A stretch of DNA of 19,524 nt from Armatimonadota bacterium (lineage in GTDB: Bacteria > Armatimonadota > Zipacnadia > Zipacnadales > UBA5352): NCBI GenBank assembly GCA_034722055.1, contig JAYENL010000293.1, positions 1-19,524 on the forward strand, given 5' to 3'. How positions within the stretch are numbered: the stretch's first letter is position 1; each line of letters begins with the position of its first letter. Of the stretch, positions 1 through 9,093 are shown one piece after another. A model generated the notes under the pieces. That model was not told the DNA's origin, made no database searches, and worked only from the letters and a program-made list of their open reading frames with translations. The translations under genes and the position numbers were made by a program.

Positions 1-812
1 GTGACGACCTGCGACGGTTCTTTGACTTCATGGAGAGCGAAGGGGTAGACTGCACGGTAGAGAACGTCACCACGTCGCTGGTCAGAGGCTGGGTCGTATC
101 GATGCACCGCAGGGGGCTTTCCAAGGGCACCGTCGCACGGAGGCTCTACGGGCTACGGAGCTTCTGGACGTACCTCCACGACTGCGGCCACACCGACGGT
201 GACCCGGTGCGGCAAGTGTCCGTCCCCAAGTACGAACGCAAGCTCCCGAAGTACCTGCCGGCCGAGGATCTGGAGAAGCTGCTGGAGGCGTCGCAGCAAA
301 GCCCGTCCGTGATGTGCGCCTTCCGCAACTACGCCATGATGTCGGTCCTGATCTTCACCGGGATGCGCCGAAGCGAGCTCATCGGCCTCAAGCTGTCAGA
401 CGTATCACTCCGAGACAGCACCGTCCGCATCCGCGGGAAGGACGACAGGGAGCGCGTGGTGCCGCTTGTGGACCGCGCGGTCGATGCCGTCCGCGACTGG
501 CTGGAGTTCCGCCCTGAGGACTGCGAACACGAGTACCTCTTCACGACCACCCACGGGAACCGCATCTACCCCTCGCGGATGCAGCGCATCTGGCGCAGCA
601 TCCTGGAGCGCACGGACGTCAAAGACGAGGGGATCAGTCTCCACACGCTCCGCCACTCCATGGCTACGCTGTTGCTGCAGAGCGGCGAGGCATCGCTGCC
701 GGAGATCCAGCGCATCCTCGGGCACGCGAGGCTGGATACGACCGCGATCTACTTGCACGTGACGGACGGCGGACTGAGAGGGGCGGTTCGGGCACCCCCG
801 CTCGCTGAGTAA
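1..812 (+). CDS. Tyrosine recombinase, XerC/XerD-like (5' end outside the window)
   Basis: Catalytic set is present: TGMRRSEL (R), RGKDDRER (K), HTLRHSMAT (HxxR), LGHARLDTTAIY (H, Y). The frame is open to the window edge (DDLRRFFDF before the ATG at 30), so the true start lies upstream. Confidence 0.9.
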   Translation, partial: DDLRRFFDFMESEGVDCTVENVTTSLVRGWVVSMHRRGLSKGTVARRLYGLRSFWTYLHDCGHTDGDPVRQVSVPKYERKLPKYLPAEDLEKLLEASQQSPSVMCAFRNYAMMSVLIFTGMRRSELIGLKLSDVSLRDSTVRIRGKDDRERVVPLVDRAVDAVRDWLEFRPEDCEHEYLFTTTHGNRIYPSRMQRIWRSILERTDVKDEGISLHTLRHSMATLLLQSGEASLPEIQRILGHARLDTTAIYLHVTDGGLRGAVRAPPLAE

Positions 813-1110
813 GCGCCTCGGCCCGAAGGGTCATAGGCCATCGTGGAGAAGAAGGTCACTAACGAGACGGGTGACAGGCACGGCGTTGTTGTTCACGGCA
901 CCGACCGTTGCACTGAGTGATGATGCGGTCGATCGGCGACACGTTCGGACACGTCTTCCAGCGCATGACCCGTCGCGTGTTGGTCAGTTCCACGTGCCGC
1001 CATATGCACGCAGAGCATCTGGGACGGGGAGTGGAAGCGCCTCGTTCTCTGCCGCGTCCTACGCAGGAGTCCCCGCTGTCCGGAGGTTGCGGACGCATGG
1101 GTCAGCCGTG

Positions 1111-2487
1111 TCAGGGGCGATGGCCGGTGGCTCCCACGCCTGATGCCGGGCTTCCCGGTCGCAGCCGCAGGTCAACGTTGGGCCATCCCGAAACGAAGAC
1201 CGGATCGGCGGCGAGGTCGCCATGGCCGTGGCCGCTCACGGTCGCCCACGTGCCATCGGTTATGTCCTGGCGAGACACCTCACGCCCCTCCGCTCCGATG
1301 AACCCGGCGTAGATCTCCTCGTCTTCGCGGCTGAAGAACACATTGTCCCCTTCGTCAACGAGGCGGACGCCCCGCCCCAGGTAGATCCCGGTCGGGGACC
1401 CCTGCGCAGGCCCGGTGTTGAATGCGAAGATGTTGCCGCGGAGCGTGAGCATGACGGTGGGCGGCCGGGCGCCGGGCTCGGCGTAGCCGAACGTCGAGGC
1501 GTAGTCACGCGCGCCGTAATCGGCATCCCACATGTTGTAGGCGATGGTGTTGTCTACGATGACTGCGGTACAGTCGAATGTGCCCACGTCCACGGGGTTC
1601 ACTCCCTGACCCCAGACTGTGTTACGCTCCATCCGGCCACCCGCCCAGAGCTTGATCCCGTTGAGGTGGTTCCTGTAGACGGCGTTGCGCATCACCACGA
1701 CCTGCCCGACATCGCCGTCTGTGTCACGCGAGTTGAGGTCAATGCCATCGCCGCCGTTATCGTGGATGCTGCACTCCTCGACCCGCAGGTCCCGCCCCCT
1801 CTCGATAGAGAGACCGTCCGCAGCGAAGGAGTCCTCCCCGCCCAGGCCGGCGCCGTAGACCTCCACGCGGCGGAAGGTGAGCTGGTTGCAGGGCCCCGGC
1901 GTGCCGTCAACGCCAGCATACAGGGTGTCGTGGATGCAGGTGTCCTGGATCGTGACACTCGATATGGGGCCGAACTCCGGCTCCTCCCCCGAGTAGCCCA
2001 CGGTGAGCCTGATACCCACCTCGCCCCCGCTCACCTCAAGGTCCGACAGCTCGATGTGGCTGTTATTCCCGTTGAGCGTGATGCCCCAGATCTCGTAGCC
2101 GCGCACGGCGAAGCCGTTCAGGCGGACGTGTGAGGCCCCGTGTGCCAGATCGAATGACCCAACGACCGTGGCGCGGTTCGGCGCTCCCTGCAACGTGATG
2201 GGCGCCCCGAGGTTGCCGGAGCGGCTCACGCGCACGTCCTCATCATACTGTCCCGCGTGGATGTAGACCGTCTCACCGGGCGTCGCGGCATCGGCGGCGT
2301 GCTGGATGGTGGCCCAGGGCTGATCGGCAGTGCCCGGGCCGGCGTCATTGCCGCCTGTCGCCACGTGGTGATCGGCCGCTGCGTCGCCAGGCGGCGGGAT
2401 GACGGGCTGACCTCCGCTGCAGCCGGCGACTGCCAAGGTCAGGCACGACACCAACAGGAGTCGTCCGACGCTCATGAGGCTCACCAC
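1111..2487 (-). CDS. Lipoprotein with DUF1565-like N-terminus and right-handed parallel beta-helix (pectin lyase-like fold)
   Basis: Lipobox LTLAVAG-C; HVATGGNDAGPGTADQPWATIQHAAD...PGETVYIHAGQY motif; beta-helix repeats (DNGGDGIDL, NAVYRNHLNGI); C-terminal ADPVFV...DLRLRPGSPA. An alternative start is the ATG at 2475. Confidence 0.8.
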   Translation of the reverse strand: MVSLMSVGRLLLVSCLTLAVAGCSGGQPVIPPPGDAAADHHVATGGNDAGPGTADQPWATIQHAADAATPGETVYIHAGQYDEDVRVSRSGNLGAPITLQGAPNRATVVGSFDLAHGASHVRLNGFAVRGYEIWGITLNGNNSHIELSDLEVSGGEVGIRLTVGYSGEEPEFGPISSVTIQDTCIHDTLYAGVDGTPGPCNQLTFRRVEVYGAGLGGEDSFAADGLSIERGRDLRVEECSIHDNGGDGIDLNSRDTDGDVGQVVVMRNAVYRNHLNGIKLWAGGRMERNTVWGQGVNPVDVGTFDCTAVIVDNTIAYNMWDADYGARDYASTFGYAEPGARPPTVMLTLRGNIFAFNTGPAQGSPTGIYLGRGVRLVDEGDNVFFSREDEEIYAGFIGAEGREVSRQDITDGTWATVSGHGHGDLAADPVFVSGWPNVDLRLRPGSPASGVGATGHRP

Positions 2488-2913
2488 CGGTGGCGAGCCG
2501 AGATGGCTCGCCGGAGATAGCTGCAGTCCCGTCCGCTACTCGCCCCCCTCTGTCCTGCGCGGACGATGTCCCACCCCACTCGGCAGCCCGGCCATGCGCA
2601 GTTGGAGTGCATTCGCCAGCGATCCGGCATCACCTGCCGGTTCGTAGGACGCTCGAGAATCTGATATGCCGACCGGTCCTCGAGGGCTCACTCAGACGGC
2701 GCGGTACAGACCCCGGAGGGGCCCTGACGGGCAGACTTGTCGGCTCGGGAATCCTCTTGTCCCCCTTCACACGGAACCCCGCGGTCATCTGATGGGGAGC
2801 GTCCTGGGCGCTCGCTCCTTTCTCGTCCTACCCGGCGTGCGCAACTTGCCATTGATCAGCCGTCGCATCGCCTGTCGAGGCCGTAACCCTGTGGGCTTGG
2901 AGGGCGAAGTCTA

Positions 2914-2942
2914 TTGCAGCCGCAGCGAGTCTGGGGTAGAAG
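2914..2942 (+). promoter_or_regulatory. Possible sigma70-type promoter for the 3059 gene
   Basis: TTGCAG-17 nt-TAGAAG, about 115 nt upstream of the start codon. Confidence 0.35.
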
Positions 2943-3058
2943 TCCCATATTGGGGTGGCCAGTTCATCTCTGATGCTCCTACGAAGCACGCCTCACTGCG
3001 TGCGGGATATGTGCTGGCACCTCGTTAGACGGATAGGCGCACGATGGAGGCGGTGGTG

Positions 3059-4600
3059 ATGCGCGCTTCGTGGCTGACGCTCACTGCTGCGGTCACCGTC
3101 TCATTGGTTGCATCAGCGCAGCCAGCGGAGGAGCCAACTCCAGCGGAGGCCGGGCAGTTGCCCGGCCCTGCCTCGACGCAGCCCTTCACCGAGACCTTCG
3201 AGGCACAACCTCTGCAGGGCTGGGAGCTGACCCCCGGTATCCAGGTGCAGCAGGTCGGCCAGGGGCACGCCCTGGTGTTCGGCCAGCCGGGGGTAGCGTG
3301 GGCACCGGCCAGCGCACAGGACTTCGCTCTGTCATTCAAGTACCGGCCGGCTGGGGGAACGATGGAGGCGGTCGTCCGTGCCTCGGGGGAGCCGCCGAAT
3401 CAGCGCAGCTACCATGTGATGCTCATGCCGGGTGAGGTAGTGCTGCTCCGGGAGTTCGGCCAGGGCAACATGACGGAGCTGGGCGGCGCTCCCTGCCAGT
3501 TGCAGTCGGGCGCCTGGAATCAGATCGGGCTCCAGGTCAGCGGTGGGCAGCTTACGGTGTCGGTGGGCGGGCAGCAACTCATCACAGCCACTGATCCCCA
3601 GCCGCTGCCTGCGGGTGGCGTGGGGTTCATGTCCCAGCAGGGCGGAGACGCGATCGACGATGTCTCCCTCACGTCGGGAGCCGGCGGCGCGGCAACACCG
3701 ACGGCGACCACGACCGGCCAGCCTGCGACCGCGTCGGGGCAGCAGCCCGCCACTGGACCGGTGGTCCAGCCGACCGTGGTGCAGCCGGGCCAGCCCCCGA
3801 TCACCACCGCCCAGCCCGTCGGGGCCGCAACCATGAGCGAGACCTTCGAGGCACAACCTCTGCAGGGCTGGGAGCTGATGGACGGCGCATCGGTCGCCAA
3901 CGGCATGCTCACATTCCCCTCGGCGGGCCGGGCGCTGTGGTCGATCCCTCCCACGGCTGATCTCACTCTCAACCTCCAGCACAGGCCCGGCACAGGCCCT
4001 GGAGTGGTGAGCCTCTGCCTGTCTGGTCAGCCGCCGCAGGACCAGGGCTACGACCTGGTCTTCTTTCCGGGGGAGATGGCGATCGTCCGCCGCCAGGGCC
4101 AACAGGTGCAGGAGCTGGGGGCCGGGCCCATCCAGCTTCAGCCGAACGCCCTCAATGCCCTCTCCATCTCGCTCAGCAACGGGCAGTTCCAGATAGGCGT
4201 AGGCGGGCAGGTGGTGGTCCAGGCGACCGATCCGCAGCCCCTGGGTCCGGGCGCGGTGATACTGGGATGCCCGGACGGAGGGGGCGGGGCCTTTGATAAC
4301 GTGACGCTTGGCGCCGCTGGCGGCGTTGCGGCCCTGACCGGCCTGCCGGCGACTGCCCAGCAGCCCGGCCAGCAGCAGGCTCCGGCTACGGTCCCGACCG
4401 CGCAGCCCGGGCCGGGTCAGGCGCCCGTTCTGCAGCCCGTCCCCGGCCAGACACCCACGCTGCAGCCAGCCGGGGCCACGCTGTCGGAGAGCTTCGAGGG
4501 GCAGACGCAGGGCTGGGAGTTCATGGAGAACGCCCAGGTGCAGCAGGTCGGACAGGGCAATGCGCTGGTGTGCTCCGGACCGGGGCATGCCTTCTGGAGC
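3059..4600 (+). pseudogene. Secreted protein with tandem ConA/LamG-like (DUF1080-like) beta-sandwich repeats and Q/P/T/G linkers; truncated in the third repeat (frame stays open to 5119)
   Basis: GGAGG at 3046-3050 before ATG 3059; signal peptide MRASWLTLTAAVTVSLVASA; repeats begin ETFEAQPLQGWEL (twice) and ESFEGQTQGWEF; repeats 1 and 2 end GGVGF...IDDVSL and GAVIL...FDNVTL. After HAFW (~4597) the translation is simply the antisense of the next gene. Confidence 0.65.
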
Positions 4601-4606
4601 AGCCGC

Positions 4607-5923
4607 TCACTGCGCCCTGCCGGTCCGCTCGCGCAGCCACTGCACGCACTCGTCCCACGCCTGGACCTGCTGGGGCATGTAGTACAGCCCGCTCTCGCGC
4701 GGCTCATCTCGATCCGTGCGGAAGTTGGCCCCCGCGTAGACATTGATAACCGCCGCGCCCGCCTCAACCGCCGCCCGGAAGACCTCGCGGATGCGCTCCG
4801 GCGCGATGCCCTCCTGCTCACCGTAGTGGCACAGCTCCACTGTCGCGCCCCACCGCTTGCCCGCTCGCAGGGCCGCCTCGCGGAACGGCTCAAACCTGGT
4901 GCCGCTCATGTAGCCCGCAGAGATGATGTCCAGGTGTGGGAGGGCCGCGAGCTTGTCCAGATTCTGCCCCAGCTCCGTCTTGATCCACGTGACCGGCATG
5001 ATGTACATGCAGCCCCGCCAGCCGGGGCTCGCATCACAGGCCTGCGTGGCCACCGTCGTGGCGGAGTCCATCCAGGCGGCGTAAAGGTCCTCGCGCCAGG
5101 TATACCAGTGCTGCCATAGGGGGCTGTTCGGCCAGTCGTTGTCCTCCTGCAGGCGCGCCCGGTTCTGTTCGGTCAGGGGTACGGCGGGCAGCCCCTCGTT
5201 CGCCTGCCCTCCAGGCTCAACCACCACCGTAGTGACGGGAAAGCGCGCCTCGTCCGCGCCGGGGTAGTCATGCGCCGCGAGGTGGGCGCGGAACGAAGCC
5301 AGGCTCTCCTCGCTGTAGGTCGGGCTGGTCCAGTAGGTGCTGATGGGCTGGAACCAGAAGTTCTGCCCCGGCTGCCCGAGTATTATCTCGTCCTGGTAGA
5401 ACATCTCCAGAGGGCGGTCAACAAGCTCCAAGAGGCGGGACAGGCGGGCCTCGAACTCCTCCTGTGCGGCCTCGCTGCCGCAGTCCCATCGCCTGACGGC
5501 CACGAAGCTCCCATCCTCGGGGTCCAGACGCTCTGCGGCGAAGGCGAAGGCCTCCAGGTCATCGCCGCGGGGCAGCAGGCTGGGCCAATGCAGCCCGAAG
5601 ACGACATCGAGGCCATGCTCGTGGGCCAGGTCCACTATCAAACGCACGCGCTGAATCTCATCCGGCGCGTTCAGGCAGTCCTTCGTCCACGTGGGAACGC
5701 CGACCCACAGGGCGTCGGCGTGGCCAGCGATGTCGCGGATCGCGGGCTCGACCTCCTCCGGCTCGGCCTGGTAGTGACTCAGCGACGCTCCCACCACTGC
5801 GGTGATGGCCTCAGGGCGAATCTCCGACCGCTCCTGCGCGGTGACCGGGAGAATCATCACTGTCATCAGCACCAGCACTACGAGGCTGTGCGCCGCACAG
5901 GCGCGTAGGTGTTGCTGCAACAT
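4607..5923 (-). CDS. Secreted hypothetical protein, probable glycoside hydrolase-like TIM barrel
   Basis: ATG at 5923 with GGAGG upstream; signal peptide ...VLVLMTVMILPVTA-QE; motifs VDLAHEHGLDV, FYQDE, SEESLASFRAHL and WQHWYTWRED resemble GH42/GHL10-type proteins. Family is not certain. Confidence 0.6.
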   Translation of the reverse strand: MLQQHLRACAAHSLVVLVLMTVMILPVTAQERSEIRPEAITAVVGASLSHYQAEPEEVEPAIRDIAGHADALWVGVPTWTKDCLNAPDEIQRVRLIVDLAHEHGLDVVFGLHWPSLLPRGDDLEAFAFAAERLDPEDGSFVAVRRWDCGSEAAQEEFEARLSRLLELVDRPLEMFYQDEIILGQPGQNFWFQPISTYWTSPTYSEESLASFRAHLAAHDYPGADEARFPVTTVVVEPGGQANEGLPAVPLTEQNRARLQEDNDWPNSPLWQHWYTWREDLYAAWMDSATTVATQACDASPGWRGCMYIMPVTWIKTELGQNLDKLAALPHLDIISAGYMSGTRFEPFREAALRAGKRWGATVELCHYGEQEGIAPERIREVFRAAVEAGAAVINVYAGANFRTDRDEPRESGLYYMPQQVQAWDECVQWLRERTGRAQ

Positions 5924-6380
5924 GGCATTGCGCCTCCGAGTGGCAATGGTCTGCAGGACCTCCATGGCGGGACCCTGAGCGCGCCCCGTCTCCGCCTCGG
6001 GTGATTCGTCAACATCGATCTCGCGGTCCGCGGTCTTCATCCCGGATTACTCGCGGATGGATGCAATAGAAAGCGGCAGGAGCGTCGAGATCCGGTGGCA
6101 CCAGCCATAACGTCATATTCAGGAGAGGCCTGCCGTAGGCACACACTGCGACAGGCAGCAGGAGTTCTCCTTCCAGCATGGCACAGAGACCCGCGCCCGG
6201 TGCGGCCGTCATTGGTCTTCTGATGCTCGCGGGCACGCCTGGGCCGACCTGCAGCCTGCCATCGCGGGCAGGGGTGCATGCAGGACTGATCCTGCCGCCC
6301 GCCGAAGGTCCCATCGCTGGAGCGCAAGCATAGTGCGGTGGTAGCGGGCCTTGACGGAGGCGGTAGTCGTGAAGGCGGAG

Positions 6381-7442
6381 ATGACAGTGGTGCTGACATT
6401 GCTGCTGGCGGGACAGGCGGTGCTGGGCGAGTACAAGGGCGACATCTGGATTCACCCCGACGCCGAGCGGCTGCCCACCGACCAGCGGGGGCCGTTCGTG
6501 CGGCTCTCTGACGGGCGGGTCATGGCGGTGGGGCGCAACCAAATCCTGTTCAGCGACGATGACGGGCAGACGTGGGAGAGCCGGCCCATGTACGAGGGGG
6601 TGGAGAATGTCGATGACACCGGAGGCGGGGTGCTCTTCCGCACCGAGGAGGGCGTGGTCCTCCGCGCCTTCCTGAACTTCGCGCACAAGAACTTCGCATG
6701 GGATTACGAGGGCGTCGGGCCGCTGCCGGAATGCCAGCTTCCCGTCTACATCACCCGGAGCTTCGACGAGGGCGAGACCTGGGAGGAGCCGCGCGAGCTG
6801 CAGGAGGGCTGGTGCGGGTACGTCCACAACATGATCCAGCTCGACAGCGGGCGGCTGGTGCTGGTCAGCCAGGTGGCGGTGCCCGACCCGGGCCATCACG
6901 TGAGCTTCACCTGGGTCTCCGACGACCTGGGCGAGCACTGGCAGAGGAGCAACCTCATCGACCTGGGCGGCGAGGGCGACCATGCCGGCGGCATCGAGCC
7001 CACGGTCATCGAGCTGGAGGACGGCCGCCTGTGGATGCTCATCCGCACCTACACCGGGCACTTCTGGGAGGCCTACTCCAGCGACCAGGGCCTGACCTGG
7101 GAGTACATTCGCGCCTCGGACATCGAGGCCAGCGGAGCGCCGGGGATCCTCCTGCGCCTGTCCAGCGGGCGCATCATCCTGGTGTGGAACCGCTTCGCGG
7201 AGGGCCGGCCCAAGAAGATCGGCCGCCGCGAGGAGATCTCCATCGCCTTCAGCGAGGATGAGGGCCGGACGTGGACGGAGCCGGTCATTGTCGCCCGCAA
7301 CCGCACGCCGGAGGGCGGCAACCCGGTGGAGTACCGCATCTCCTACCCGGACGTGTACGAGCACGAGCGGGGCGAGATCTGGATCACCACCGGCCAGGGG
7401 ATGCTGCGGATGAAGCTTTACGAGAGCGATTTCGTGAAGTAG
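6381..7442 (+). CDS. BNR/Asp-box repeat protein, exo-alpha-sialidase-like beta-propeller
   Basis: Five Asp boxes (SDDDGQTW, SFDEGETW, SDDLGEHW, SSDQGLTW, SEDEGRTW); IEPTVIELEDGRLWMLIR; ISYP; short hydrophobic signal peptide. Start is 6381 (ATG after GGCGGAG) or 6351. Confidence 0.85.
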   Translation: MTVVLTLLLAGQAVLGEYKGDIWIHPDAERLPTDQRGPFVRLSDGRVMAVGRNQILFSDDDGQTWESRPMYEGVENVDDTGGGVLFRTEEGVVLRAFLNFAHKNFAWDYEGVGPLPECQLPVYITRSFDEGETWEEPRELQEGWCGYVHNMIQLDSGRLVLVSQVAVPDPGHHVSFTWVSDDLGEHWQRSNLIDLGGEGDHAGGIEPTVIELEDGRLWMLIRTYTGHFWEAYSSDQGLTWEYIRASDIEASGAPGILLRLSSGRIILVWNRFAEGRPKKIGRREEISIAFSEDEGRTWTEPVIVARNRTPEGGNPVEYRISYPDVYEHERGEIWITTGQGMLRMKLYESDFVK

Positions 7443-7528
7443 TGCAGGCTATGACACGGGGGGAGAACGGTCGTGCGCCGCGAAGTTCTTGGTGCAGCCG
7501 AAGTGAAAGCGATCTGGGAGGGTCGGCG

Positions 7529-8233
7529 ATGAGCGACGAGCAGGTCCGTGACGAGGCTGAAGAGGAGTTCGATCCCCTCGCTCAGGCCCGGACCATGGGC
7601 TACACCGAGGAGCAGATCGCCTCGGTGCCCGCCGAGGCTGTGATGGGCTACGGCTGCGCCAATCCGCTGGCCTTCGCTGCCCTCCGGGAGGGCGAGAGCG
7701 TGCTGGACCTCGGCTGCGGCGGAGGCTTCGATGCCCTGCTGGCGGCCCAGGAGGTCGGTCCGGAGGGGAGCGTGGTGGGCGTGGATTCTGATGCCGAGAT
7801 GGTGGAGCTGGCGCGGCGGAATGCGGCCGAAAGCGGCGCTGGCAATGTCACCTTCGAGGTCGCACAGATGAGCGATCTGCCGCTGGAGGACGGGTCCGTG
7901 GACGTGGTCATCAGCAACTGTGTCATCAACCACTCTCTCGACCTGGAGGCGGTGTTCGGCGAGATACGCCGCTGCCTGCGGCCGAATGGCAGAATGGTCA
8001 TCGCGGATCTGGTGCTGGAGGAGCCGCTGGGCGCCGAGCAGTTGCGGCAGGTGCCGGAGGCCTGGCGGGAGTGGCTGGACCTGGCGGTGGCCCGCAAGGA
8101 GTACCTCCGCAGCATCGAGCGGGCGGCGCTGAGGGACATGGAGGTGGCCGAGGACTGCCCCTTCAACCTCGCCGAGGGCCACGAGGCCCTGGCTGGCGGA
8201 CTCGCGAGCCTGGTCATCAGAGCCCGACGGTAA
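7529..8233 (+). CDS. SAM-dependent methyltransferase, arsenite methyltransferase (ArsM)-like
   Basis: GGAGG upstream of ATG 7529; GY...GYGCANPLAFAALREGESVLDLGCGGGFD; VDVVISNCVIN; LRPNGR. Confidence 0.8.
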   Translation: MSDEQVRDEAEEEFDPLAQARTMGYTEEQIASVPAEAVMGYGCANPLAFAALREGESVLDLGCGGGFDALLAAQEVGPEGSVVGVDSDAEMVELARRNAAESGAGNVTFEVAQMSDLPLEDGSVDVVISNCVINHSLDLEAVFGEIRRCLRPNGRMVIADLVLEEPLGAEQLRQVPEAWREWLDLAVARKEYLRSIERAALRDMEVAEDCPFNLAEGHEALAGGLASLVIRARR

Positions 8234-8287
8234 CGCGCGTCGTCGTTGAGAGCCGGGCGTCACAATACTCACGGGAGGTAGAGGCGG

Positions 8288-8977
8288 ATGTGTGGTTGGA
8301 GGAGTGGAGGCTGGATGATGGCGCTTATCACCGCGGTCGTGGTGGTGATGCTGACCGGCTGCCGCGACGAGGAGCAGGCAGAGCAGCAGACGGTGGAGGG
8401 GCCGGCGGGCCAGGGCGGGGCGCCGGCGACCTCCGACCGGCCGCTGGCGGGCATGACCGTAGCGGTGCTGGTGGCCGATGAGTTCGAGGACAGCGAGCTG
8501 GCCAAGCCGGTTGAGGCGGTGCAGAAGGCCGGCGCCGGCGTGGTGCTGGTGGCGGCCAAGGCCGGGCAGCAGTACACCGGCAAGAACGGCGAGGTCACGG
8601 TGACCTCCGACCGGGCCGCCGGAAACGCCCGCGCGGAGCAGTTCGATGGCCTGGTGATTCCCGGCGGGCACGCGCCGGCGACGATGCGAGAGAACCAGGA
8701 CATGGTGCGACTGGTGCGGGAGATGGTGGCGGCCGGCAAGCCCGTGGCCGCCATCTGCCACGGCCCGCAGGTGCTGGTGACCGCGGGCGTCCTGGAGGGC
8801 CTGGAGGCCACCTGCTACCGGAGCGTGCGTGGCGAGCTGGAGGGGGCGGGGGCGGAGTACCACGACCTGCCGGTGATCGTCGATAGCAACATCATCACCT
8901 CCCGGCACCCGGGAGACCTGGCGCAGTTCAATGCCGCCCTCATCCGAGCGCTGAGCCGCCAGAGGGCGGGTCGGTAG
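8288..8977 (+). CDS. PfpI/DJ-1 family (type 1 glutamine amidotransferase-like) protein with a lipoprotein signal
   Basis: FEDSEL, LVIPGGHAP, AAICHGPQVL (nucleophile Cys), VDSNIITSRHPGDL; N-terminal AVVVVMLTG-C lipobox. Start is 8288 or 8315. Confidence 0.85.
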   Translation: MCGWRSGGWMMALITAVVVVMLTGCRDEEQAEQQTVEGPAGQGGAPATSDRPLAGMTVAVLVADEFEDSELAKPVEAVQKAGAGVVLVAAKAGQQYTGKNGEVTVTSDRAAGNARAEQFDGLVIPGGHAPATMRENQDMVRLVREMVAAGKPVAAICHGPQVLVTAGVLEGLEATCYRSVRGELEGAGAEYHDLPVIVDSNIITSRHPGDLAQFNAALIRALSRQRAGR

Positions 8978-9093
8978 GCCGGATCCGGTGTCGGATGCCG
9001 CGCGGGCGGCTGAGACGGCCGACTGGACGCTCGATCCCAGTGACGGGCAGTGGCGTGGCCCGGAGAGCGGACCGTGAGTGTGAGGTGGCGGCG

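Noticed and set aside
1..812. Integron integrase with attC cassettes
   Set aside because: The IntI-specific insertion before the HxxR box is absent, and no RYYYAAC...GTTRRRY attC sites were recognised between downstream genes.
2490..3040. Riboswitch or small ORFs in the divergent intergenic region
   Set aside because: No recognisable aptamer consensus; the ORFs lack an RBS or motifs.
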